Under the pieces are notes generated by a model that had not been told where the DNA came from, made no database searches, and saw only the letters and a list, made by a program, of their open reading frames with translations. A stretch of DNA of 49,637 bases from a virus (Duplodnaviria > Caudoviricetes): positions 1-49,637 of the IMG/VR virus record IMGVR_UViG_3300043173_000413; one strand, 5' to 3'. The position numbers and the translations under genes are program-made. Of this stretch, positions 9,373 through 17,022 are shown piece by piece (position 1 is the stretch's first letter; the number at the start of each line of letters is the position of its first letter).

Positions 9373-9837
9373 ATGAATCAGCCCGATATTCGACCGATCA
9401 GCCCCGATGAATATCAACTCCAAATGCCATACATCTACACATGGCGCGATGCCGGCATCCTCAATCGGATCACCGTCCCTGCCGGATATATCAACGACGG
9501 AGCCAGTGTCCCCAGGCTCCTGTGGTCTATCGTGAGACCTGACGGGCTGATCCGAGCAGGCGCCCTGATACATGACTGGTTATGTGCTCACGCCGGACAT
9601 ATTCCGGTCGATTCCCACCAGATTCTCCGAAATGAGGAATGGATACCTGCTGGCAAGATCTGGGCTCGTGCCGAAGGTGACGCCATGTTCCGCAGGATAA
9701 ACATCGAAGCGAAGATGTCCGGATGGAAGGTTCATGCGACCTATATCGCAATAAGGGCCTGTGGCTGGGTAGGGTGGAAAGATCGTGGAGATGAAGTTGC
9801 TGCGAGAATCAAAGAGCAGCGAATCTCAAATCGTTAA
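9373..9837 (+). CDS. DUF1353-like protein
   Basis: AAGGAG RBS; ITVPAG...DGASVP, A.IHDWL, R.E.D.MF motifs. Confidence 0.75.
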   Translation: MNQPDIRPISPDEYQLQMPYIYTWRDAGILNRITVPAGYINDGASVPRLLWSIVRPDGLIRAGALIHDWLCAHAGHIPVDSHQILRNEEWIPAGKIWARAEGDAMFRRINIEAKMSGWKVHATYIAIRACGWVGWKDRGDEVAARIKEQRISNR

Positions 9838-9847
9838 GCGGCATATA

Positions 9848-9880
9848 AAAAGGAGCCTTACGCGGCTCCTTTTTTATTTT
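9848..9880 (+). terminator. Intrinsic terminator
   Basis: AAAAAGGAGCC-TTACGC-GGCTCCTTTTTT. Confidence 0.85.
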
Positions 9881-9885
9881 CAGTA

Positions 9886-9965
9886 ATGTTGACAAACTCG
9901 TTGACAAACTAATTAAACAGTGCGATAAAGAACTTGAAACTAACATTTAACGAAAGGAAAACAAA
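9886..9965 (+). promoter_or_regulatory. Tandem-TTGACA promoter cassette
   Basis: TTGACAAA at 9889 and 9901; downstream CTAACATTTAACGAAAGGA leader. Confidence 0.7.
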
Positions 9966-10322
9966 GTGATGAAAAAATCAGATGTTAAAGATGATTTAGT
10001 AACGGTTCAGAAAAAAGGTAACTCTCCTGGTTTTACGATCCCGAAAGCACCGGCAGAAAAATTCAGAATTAAAGAGATGAACGAAATTATACCAAACAGA
10101 TTAAGCGACAACCTTTACGATGCTATTGAAAAAATGAAATACACCATTGACGACAAAGGTCAAAAACTACCGAACGGGCTTGCTTCAACTGTTTGGATAC
10201 ATTTAGCTGATGCTGTTTCGCGGGGTCACATCACGCCAATGGAAGCATGGGATACTTTATCATTAGGATATGTCGCCGAACATTTACTTGTTAGAGAAAG
10301 TGCATATTCACATTTGATTTAA
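9966..10322 (+). CDS. Hypothetical protein
   Basis: ORF after a promoter and RBS, followed by a GCCCCT-TTCG-AGGGGC hairpin. Confidence 0.7.
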   Translation: MMKKSDVKDDLVTVQKKGNSPGFTIPKAPAEKFRIKEMNEIIPNRLSDNLYDAIEKMKYTIDDKGQKLPNGLASTVWIHLADAVSRGHITPMEAWDTLSLGYVAEHLLVRESAYSHLI

Positions 10323-10365
10323 ACCGGAGCACGCCCCTTTCGAGGGGCAAACGAAAGGAATTAAA

Positions 10366-10527
10366 ATGCCAGCTTCAAGAAAAGTCAACGTAAGAAAAGT
10401 CAACGGCGAACTGCATTTTATCACCGACGGCATCAACGCGATCCCCACAGGTTGCAGATCGAAAAATGAACTTCTTGATCAACTTGATATCAGATATAAT
10501 TACGCCATCGAAATTGTATCTGATTGA
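10366..10527 (+). CDS. Small hypothetical protein (53 aa; below the ORF-track cutoff)
   Basis: AAAGGA RBS; MPASRKVNVRKVNGELHF...VSD; fills the gap between neighbouring ORFs. Confidence 0.6.
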   Translation: MPASRKVNVRKVNGELHFITDGINAIPTGCRSKNELLDQLDIRYNYAIEIVSD

Positions 10528-10530
10528 CGT

Positions 10531-10974
10531 ATGAAAGACTATTTAAAACCTACCAGATCACGCGGGGCTTTAATCGAAAAATGTTACAAAGTCATAAATT
10601 TCGCGTTAAGTCGAAACACCTTCACGGCAAAGGATATTCAAGACCATCTTCAATGTTCAAAGCAAACAGCACAGAAGCACATTGAAGCAATGAGCTTATA
10701 TTTTGAGCTTTCTGAAGATCCTGAAACCGGCAGGAATGGACAAATTACTTACCTAATGATTATTGATTGGGAAAAGAAAGATGAAAGGAAACCCGGAAAC
10801 AGATTAAAATATCCATTTGATAAATTGGCTATCGGGGGGTTTGAGTTATATAATAAAAAGTGCATATCTGTTAATGCTTTACGATGTGCTGCTATAAGAT
10901 ACGGCGTAAGGCACGATAAACGATTCGGGGTTTACACATATAGTGAAGTTTACAAGGTGGTAAGGTTACGTTAA
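10531..10974 (+). CDS. Putative DNA-binding protein: N-terminal wHTH plus C-terminal KYPF domain
   Basis: FTAKDIQDHLQCSKQTAQKHI HTH-like segment; KYPFDKLAIGG...VVR C-terminal domain. Confidence 0.65.
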   Translation: MKDYLKPTRSRGALIEKCYKVINFALSRNTFTAKDIQDHLQCSKQTAQKHIEAMSLYFELSEDPETGRNGQITYLMIIDWEKKDERKPGNRLKYPFDKLAIGGFELYNKKCISVNALRCAAIRYGVRHDKRFGVYTYSEVYKVVRLR

Positions 10975-10997
10975 CAATAACGCAAGAGAGGTTTGAA

Positions 10998-11213
10998 ATG
11001 AACACCCAATATAATGTGTTAGATTTAGCTCGCTTAGCATCTAACATAACCGGCCATCCTTTGTGCTTCATGCTTGAAGCAGCAGACTTTACCTTCACTG
11101 TCATTTTCCCTAAAAATAAAGACGGTATAAGCGGCCTTAAAGTGTCCAGGGGATTGGGTGACGGTAAGGCGCTTGAAGTGTTATTTGAAAGAATGGATCA
11201 TTACACAAAATAA
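10998..11213 (+). CDS. Hypothetical protein
   Basis: GAGG RBS, co-oriented ORF. Confidence 0.6.
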   Translation: MNTQYNVLDLARLASNITGHPLCFMLEAADFTFTVIFPKNKDGISGLKVSRGLGDGKALEVLFERMDHYTK

Positions 11214-11225
11214 AGGTTTCGTCCA

Positions 11226-11459
11226 ATGAGTGATGTATTTAAAAGTACCGAAAAAGTTAAACTGTCGTCTAAATACACAGGCCGCCCCGCGATCTATAAT
11301 TTTAAAGAACTTAAAATCGGCGAATCATTAAGACTTGATAAAAATAGTGTAAAGGCGTCAAGATTGCGAAGTGCCGCGAGTCACTATGGAAAACGGCATG
11401 GAAAACAGTTTAGTGTCGTGACCCATGACGAGTTTTACGAAGTTGCAAGGGTTGATTAA
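11226..11459 (+). CDS. Small KYPF-like domain protein (paralog of the 10531 C-terminus)
   Basis: YNFKELKIGES...LRSAASHYGKRHGKQFSV...YEVARV. Confidence 0.7.
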   Translation: MSDVFKSTEKVKLSSKYTGRPAIYNFKELKIGESLRLDKNSVKASRLRSAASHYGKRHGKQFSVVTHDEFYEVARVD

Positions 11460-11460
11460 A

Positions 11461-11541
11461 ATATTGATAAAGGGTTGACAAAGTTTTCATTGAACGTTAT
11501 GTTCTATTTAACTTTAACGCAAAACGAAAGGGAATAAAGAG
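11461..11541 (+). promoter_or_regulatory. Tandem TTGA(T/C)AA promoter cassette
   Basis: TTGATAA at 11464, TTGACAAA at 11475, TATGTT -10-like element, ACGAAAGGGA leader. Confidence 0.65.
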
Positions 11542-11965
<424 letters not shown>

Positions 11966-11977
11966 AGGGGAACGATA

Positions 11978-12142
11978 ATGGCATCGAGTATAAAGACAGA
12001 TACTTTTGACAAAAACGAAGCATTGAAAACTTTCAATAATTGCGGCTCATGCCGTCATAGGATCGGCAAAGCCGAGCGTAAAAAGCGTAAAAAGCGTAAA
12101 CGTCGCGCATCAGCACAATGGAACCAAAGAGACGCTAAATAA
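11978..12142 (+). CDS. Small basic protein (54 aa) with CxxC and RKK repeats
   Basis: AAGGGG RBS; MASSIKTD...CGSC...RKKRKKRKRR. Confidence 0.6.
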   Translation: MASSIKTDTFDKNEALKTFNNCGSCRHRIGKAERKKRKKRKRRASAQWNQRDAK

Positions 12143-12177
12143 ATTTTATAAACCACCGTAATGATAAGAGGTATAAA

Positions 12178-13200
12178 ATGTATCCGGAAAAACAGTCTTT
12201 CAAAAGGTCGCATGTTATTGTAGATACACCCACATACGCGTTCCATAAGTTTCATGACGATAATGCTTCCGGCGCTCCCATTTTCGTTGTCGGACCCCAC
12301 GCAGGTAGGCACGTCAACATCATTCAGCGGCTCGTTGATACTTGCGTAGCAGAGGGGCGGCCCGTGTACTCCTACGAGCTGAAGAGTGCGAACGACGAGA
12401 ACAAAAGCACAACCATCGAAGACCTTGTACAAATTCTTTACGATTGCGTTACTCTCATCGGCGAGCCTGTTGACCTTATCGGGGTATGCCAAGGGGCGTG
12501 GCTTGGCGGCCTCTTCGCCGCAAGGTTTCCTGATCTGGTTACAAAGTACGCCAATATCGTCGGCCCGATCAATACCCGCACCGGGCAGGATAATGCCATC
12601 GAAAAATATATGAAACATCCGGGCATTGTCGAATATCATCAGAAGAAATTCGATGCCAACGGTGGCATCCAGAAGGGGGATGATCAATGGTTCGCATTCA
12701 GCATGCTGGACCCTTGGGAAACTTATTTAGGCAGGTTCTTTACTCAACAGCAGAACCTTTTCTTCGGCCTCTTCACTGATAAGAGCAAAGCGATTGAGAA
12801 GTGGGAGCATAACAATAGCTGGCACGATGACCAGCAGGATCTCGGCGCGTGGTTCATGGAAGTGATGAAGTGGCATTTCAAGGACAATAGGATATATGAA
12901 GGTACATTCCCCAAGATTCTTGGGGAGGATGTGAACTTCAAGAACATAACCTGCCCTGTCTTCCTCTTCGCGGGAGGTACGGATAATATCACAAGTACCC
13001 GTCAAGTTTTGGACATGGCAAATATTGTGGGATCAACGGAAATACATAGTGTAATATTCGAGAAGGATGGTCACACAAACGCTTTCAATCGTGAAAAATC
13101 ACTCAAAATTTTCAGAAAAATGTTTTTCGAAAATAAAACCTTTGAAGTTGCCACGGATGAAACGGAAAGGGAGATGGAAGAGGCGACGGCAACAGCTTAA
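12178..13200 (+). CDS. Alpha/beta hydrolase of the PHA depolymerase / PhaC / DUF3141-like group
   Basis: Lipase-box variant GVCQG (Cys nucleophile), PHAGRH oxyanion region, GPI.T, I.CPVFL.AG..DNIT (Asp), GH (His). Confidence 0.8.
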   Translation: MYPEKQSFKRSHVIVDTPTYAFHKFHDDNASGAPIFVVGPHAGRHVNIIQRLVDTCVAEGRPVYSYELKSANDENKSTTIEDLVQILYDCVTLIGEPVDLIGVCQGAWLGGLFAARFPDLVTKYANIVGPINTRTGQDNAIEKYMKHPGIVEYHQKKFDANGGIQKGDDQWFAFSMLDPWETYLGRFFTQQQNLFFGLFTDKSKAIEKWEHNNSWHDDQQDLGAWFMEVMKWHFKDNRIYEGTFPKILGEDVNFKNITCPVFLFAGGTDNITSTRQVLDMANIVGSTEIHSVIFEKDGHTNAFNREKSLKIFRKMFFENKTFEVATDETEREMEEATATA

Positions 13201-13269
13201 ATTGACACGGGAGATTTTCTCTCTGATATTTATGAAGATTGCATAATTCGCTGAGATAAGCGAAGGGGT

Positions 13270-13467
13270 TTGGAAATGAACAGTTACGATGCAACTTTGA
13301 ATTTAGTTGAGTTTTGCGGAAATTCTCAGTCTAAGGTGTTGAGTTGGGAGGATTTGAGAAAAATGCGCAATCGCAAAGAACGTACTGAACGCAAAAGGCG
13401 CAATCGCATTAAACAGAGTGTGTCCGCAGCATGGGAAAGAAAGGCGATGCTCAAAAATGACTCCTGA
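13270..13467 (+). CDS. Small basic hypothetical protein
   Basis: ORF after TTGACA (13202) and a GAAGGGG RBS. Confidence 0.55.
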   Translation: MEMNSYDATLNLVEFCGNSQSKVLSWEDLRKMRNRKERTERKRRNRIKQSVSAAWERKAMLKNDS

Positions 13468-13852
13468 ACAAATAGCAAAAAGCGGGACGGAATCGGCCCA
13501 TCAAAGAGCTGTCTTTGCATGGGCCGCGCTTAACCGGGAAAAATACCCTGAGCTCGAAAAATTTATGTTCCATATTCCCAACGGCGGTTCGAGGGGCGGG
13601 ACTACCCGCTCCAGGAAAATCAGGGGCGGTAACCTCAAAGCAGAAGGGGTAAAGCCGCACGTTCCCGATATCTTTATTTCTGTGGCCCGTCACGACGTCC
13701 ACGGGCTATATATCGAGATGAAAAAGCCGGGTGAAAAGCCAAGGAAAGGTCAAAGAGAATGGGGTGAAGCCGTCAAAAAACAGGGCTACGGTTGGATGTA
13801 TTGCGATAATTGGGGATCAGCCATTGAAGCCATCACCTTATATATGGGGTGA
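13457..13852 (+). CDS. VRR-NUC domain nuclease (putative Holliday junction resolvase)
   Basis: E..HQ, FHIPNGG, GVK..VPD, LYIEMK, Q motifs. Confidence 0.88.
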   Translation: MTPEQIAKSGTESAHQRAVFAWAALNREKYPELEKFMFHIPNGGSRGGTTRSRKIRGGNLKAEGVKPHVPDIFISVARHDVHGLYIEMKKPGEKPRKGQREWGEAVKKQGYGWMYCDNWGSAIEAITLYMG

Positions 13853-14073
13853 GAATCTGCAAAATGAACTTTTTAAAAATTTGATTATCAATTATGAAAA
13901 ACTTTATTTTACGAAATATACCGAACGACGTTCACATGGGGATAATCGAATATTGCGAACGAGTCAATGCCGATCCATGGCGACTTTCCGTCAAGCAACC
14001 TAAATTCACAATGAGAGCTTTTATACTGGCGGCAATACGGGAAAAATTAAACATTACACGAAAGGACGGCTGA

Positions 14074-14214
14074 ATGCTGAGATTATTTCAAACTATTCTA
14101 TTTGTAACGGTACTCATTACATTCGGCATCGTCGGAACGTCCGATTATAATGACGCTGTTGCATACAATGAACATCGACAAATGCAAACCATCAAATACA
14201 ATTTGCCTAAATAG
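14074..14214 (+). CDS. Small membrane protein (46 aa)
   Basis: AAAGGA RBS; MLRLFQTILFVTVLITFGIVGTSDY hydrophobic helix. Confidence 0.6.
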   Translation: MLRLFQTILFVTVLITFGIVGTSDYNDAVAYNEHRQMQTIKYNLPK

Positions 14215-14217
14215 TTA

Positions 14218-14247
14218 TTGACAAGTTGCTAAGCAACGTGCAATAAT
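14218..14247 (+). promoter_or_regulatory. Sigma70-like promoter with a palindromic operator-like spacer
   Basis: TTGACA-17/18 nt-(C)AATAAT; GTTGC-TAA-GCAAC at 14225-14237. Confidence 0.6.
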
Positions 14248-14290
14248 TAGAAACTTTAAAAACGGAACGAATGATTAACAAAACGGAGAT

Positions 14291-15001
14291 TTGAAAATGA
14301 CTTACAATGAATTGAAAACAGCAGCCGCCCTGCTCAATGCGGAATGCAAGGCGGGAATCAAGTGCGTGGGCATCAAGTCCGACGTTCTCGAAAGCGAGTT
14401 TGTTGAGGCGTCAAGATATTTTGCCGGGGAAGCTGAGAAAACCGGAACCCATCTTTCTGAAGAGCTTCAGGCGTTTTTCAGAGATATTACCGGCGAGGAA
14501 CTGCACAGTTGCGAAATTGACCCCCTGCCTACCCCTGCGGCTGCGGCTACTCCTGTTCCGACCTCTTCGGGCACAGGATACTCCAGGACGGTTACCGCAG
14601 AGACACCCTCTTCGGTCGTTGCTGCAAACGTTCCCGTACCCAAAAGAGCAGCCAAGCGTAAGGCTTCTGCCCGGCATCCGTTCGCTGATATGGAACTGGG
14701 ACATTCCTTTTTCGTCCCCTGCACCGAAGACCGCCCTGATCCTGCGAAATTCATGAAGAGTACAGTCGCAAGTGTTGTGCGTAAGCATTCGATCCCCGAC
14801 GCTTCAGGAGCCACAAGGACCGTTACCAGGGGGCCGAACAAAGGTAACACTGTGCCAGTCATGGTCCCCACAAAGGACTTTGTTTGTTGCGCAATCGATT
14901 CCGAACACCCTATCCCCGTTCCCGATGCCGATCCGATCACGGACGGTACACCATGGGGTTTCCCTGGCGTTGCTGGTGCCGGTATCTGGCGAATTGCTTA
15001 G
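14291..15001 (+). CDS. Two-domain protein with Pro/Thr/Ala linker and C-terminal KYPF-like (RHPF) domain
   Basis: GGAG RBS; RHPFADMELGHSFFVP...GIWRIA. Confidence 0.75.
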   Translation: MKMTYNELKTAAALLNAECKAGIKCVGIKSDVLESEFVEASRYFAGEAEKTGTHLSEELQAFFRDITGEELHSCEIDPLPTPAAAATPVPTSSGTGYSRTVTAETPSSVVAANVPVPKRAAKRKASARHPFADMELGHSFFVPCTEDRPDPAKFMKSTVASVVRKHSIPDASGATRTVTRGPNKGNTVPVMVPTKDFVCCAIDSEHPIPVPDADPITDGTPWGFPGVAGAGIWRIA

Positions 15002-15514
15002 GTTTCTCCGTTCCTGAGCTGTAACGTTCGCCGCCATTCGGCATCCTGCCCGGCCCTGCAAAACCCTTACTGGGAATTGTAGTACGATCGGGCAAGATGT
15101 CGAATCTAAAAACATCAATCCTTCTCACGGGCCGTTGTTAACCGGCACAAACCAAATCAGCTTGGTGGTTAATGACGATCCGAAAGAAGGATTGATTGAA
15201 ATTGGAGGTAATTTGTTATTCTTCATAATTCTGTCTTATGAACATTGGTGGCCTGTTATTAAGTTTATCAGAAACCCAATCTTCAAACGAACGGAAAACA
15301 TCAACCTGCATCGCTTTGCGCCGGAAGTCCACGGTAAACCCGGAAACCGCACCGTCGAGGCCGGTGTATGGAATCATGGAATGATAAGCCCGGCAAAATT
15401 CAGAAACCGCCAATCTGTGGGGATTAGTATGGATCTGATTTAAAAATCATTGCATAAAAACCCGTACTTCAAAAACCCGCCTAACGCAACGAGCGTCAAG
15501 CGGGTTTTTATTTT
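15002..15514 (+). ncRNA. Candidate large structured non-coding RNA (~500 nt)
   Basis: Many nested long helices, more G-U than C-A appositions on the + strand, a long-range closing helix 15002-15013/15289-15299 and a terminal hairpin with T tract; no convincing ORF. Confidence 0.6.
15471..15514 (+). terminator. Terminator of the + strand arm
   Basis: AAAAACCCGC...GCGGGTTTTT followed by ATTTT. Confidence 0.75.
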
Positions 15515-15525
15515 GGAATAAATTG

Positions 15526-15562
15526 TAAAGCCCGGTTTCAGGAAATTGAAAACCGGGCTTTA
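15526..15562 (-). terminator. Hairpin at the convergence point; probable terminator of the late operon
   Basis: TAAAGCCCGGTTT...AAACCGGGCTTTA inverted repeat. Confidence 0.65.
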
Positions 15563-15672
15563 ATCATCCCCAAGGCGTTATTATTGGGATTTAACAATTT
15601 TTTGTAACAAAATTACATAGCGCAGCCTCCTTTCAGTTATAGTCCTATTTTCACCATAAATCCCTTCCCTTT

Positions 15673-16455
15673 TTATATAAATAAATCCGTGTATTCACAC
15701 CGAACAACGTTCTCATGGCCCGGTTCGGCCTCGTCAAGGCCCCAAATCCAGTCCTCCGACTGAGGCTCGCCCAAGCATGCGGCAAGGGTTCCGTCCTCGT
15801 TACGGTAAATAAAGAGGATTACCGCATGATGCTGAACAAGTTCGTCGGCCGCATTGTATCCTTTGAAGAAGCAGGTTTTTGCGGTAAGATTTCCTATCCC
15901 CTGTTCTGCCAACCACCCAACAGTGATAGAGCAGGAGTCGTCGCAGTCCCTCTCGTTGGGTATGTGCTTATACCTGTGAGACGGAGACGCTTTCAGTATC
16001 TCATAACACTGAGCCTTCGTTGGAACCAGATATGCTGAATCCGTGATTTCGATGTCGGCCAGTCCCAGGTAATCGTTTGAATACAAGAAGCCGGTTATCT
16101 GGGACTGGCTATATTCGATCGGTGCCGGGTCAAGGATGAGTTTCGGTTCCAGCAGTTCAAGGAAGTATTTTCCGCCAGCCGACCCCATGAGTGCCAGCCA
16201 TGTTTCGAGATCTTCGAGCATTGGGGATCCAGCATACTTTTCTGCGACCTCTGCGACCCGGTCAGGGTGCCATGGGCTTTTACCCCCTGACAACTCACGA
16301 TCACATAGCACATAGAAAAACGGCCACCCGTTGCCCTGTTTTGATTCCAGGTCGATCCTGAGCAACTCGTTTTTCTCTGCCTGTAGATTAGGAAACAGGA
16401 TCCCCATTGGATGGTAATACCCCTGAGCGGCCAAAGCTTCTTTTACTGTCATCAT
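15673..16455 (-). CDS. Putative papain/transglutaminase-like Cys protease (lectin MOA C-terminal-like)
   Basis: Y....RDCDD, HAV and EPQ motifs consistent with a Cys-His-Glu triad. Confidence 0.55.
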   Translation of the reverse strand: MMTVKEALAAQGYYHPMGILFPNLQAEKNELLRIDLESKQGNGWPFFYVLCDRELSGGKSPWHPDRVAEVAEKYAGSPMLEDLETWLALMGSAGGKYFLELLEPKLILDPAPIEYSQSQITGFLYSNDYLGLADIEITDSAYLVPTKAQCYEILKASPSHRYKHIPNERDCDDSCSITVGWLAEQGIGNLTAKTCFFKGYNAADELVQHHAVILFIYRNEDGTLAACLGEPQSEDWIWGLDEAEPGHENVVRCEYTDLFI

Positions 16456-16473
16456 AATTTACAATCACCTTCC

Positions 16474-17022
16474 TTACTTTAAGATTTCCCGAAGACTTTT
16501 ACGATAGTCAATCTTGGCTTTAATCGAAGAATGGAAATCGGCATCGGAAATGAAGCCCTTAGCCTTGAGAACATCGATGAGATCTTCCGTTATCCTCGCC
16601 ATATCTTTATCGGTTGCGTCGAGGCCATGCAAGGCTTCGATTGCATCAGAAGACAAACCAGGGTCATCCATTTTGTCGGGGTGCTTACCTGTCCAGGGGA
16701 TCTTCGTGATCACCACAGTGGTTTCATTTCCGTCAGAGTCCAATACCGGAATATGATGACCAGAGACAATCCACGCCTCGAAAGCTTTAAGAGGAGTAAG
16801 GTTTTCCGAAGGGGGTATAATTGCGCCCGGATACATGTCTTTCAAGATGTCCAGCTTGTAAAAGTCTTCTTTGCTGTCGAGGAAGGCCTCAAGTTCCGAT
16901 CCGGACAAGTCAACAGGAGCAACGTGGGTAAACTCGCAATCAGTACCATCCACATCCGGGATAATTGCGAATACCCACTTCTTTTTGTCATCTATTGGTA
17001 GTGTTCCGTTTAAAACGATCAA
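16474..17022 (-). CDS. Hypothetical tail-fiber-associated protein
   Basis: Directly follows the tail fiber gene; probable TTG start overlapping the upstream stop; C-terminal helical segment. Confidence 0.55.
   Translation of the reverse strand: MIVLNGTLPIDDKKKWVFAIIPDVDGTDCEFTHVAPVDLSGSELEAFLDSKEDFYKLDILKDMYPGAIIPPSENLTPLKAFEAWIVSGHHIPVLDSDGNETTVVITKIPWTGKHPDKMDDPGLSSDAIEALHGLDATDKDMARITEDLIDVLKAKGFISDADFHSSIKAKIDYRKSLREILK

Noticed and set aside
12055-12687. 210-aa minus-strand ORF
   Set aside because: Antisense to the motif-bearing hydrolase gene
15135-15443. 102-aa + strand ORF (and short - strand ORFs) in the 15 kb region
   Set aside because: Non-ATG start inside a helix, no RBS and no recognisable motif; the base-pairing explains the sequence better
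15002-15470. RNase P RNA, tmRNA or group I/II intron identity for the structured region
   Set aside because: GGAAGTCC only loosely resembles the RNase P GAGGAAAGUCC motif; I see no matching 3' P4 strand, tRNA-like ends, tag ORF or intron catalytic motifs. A covariance-model search is needed to exclude these fully.
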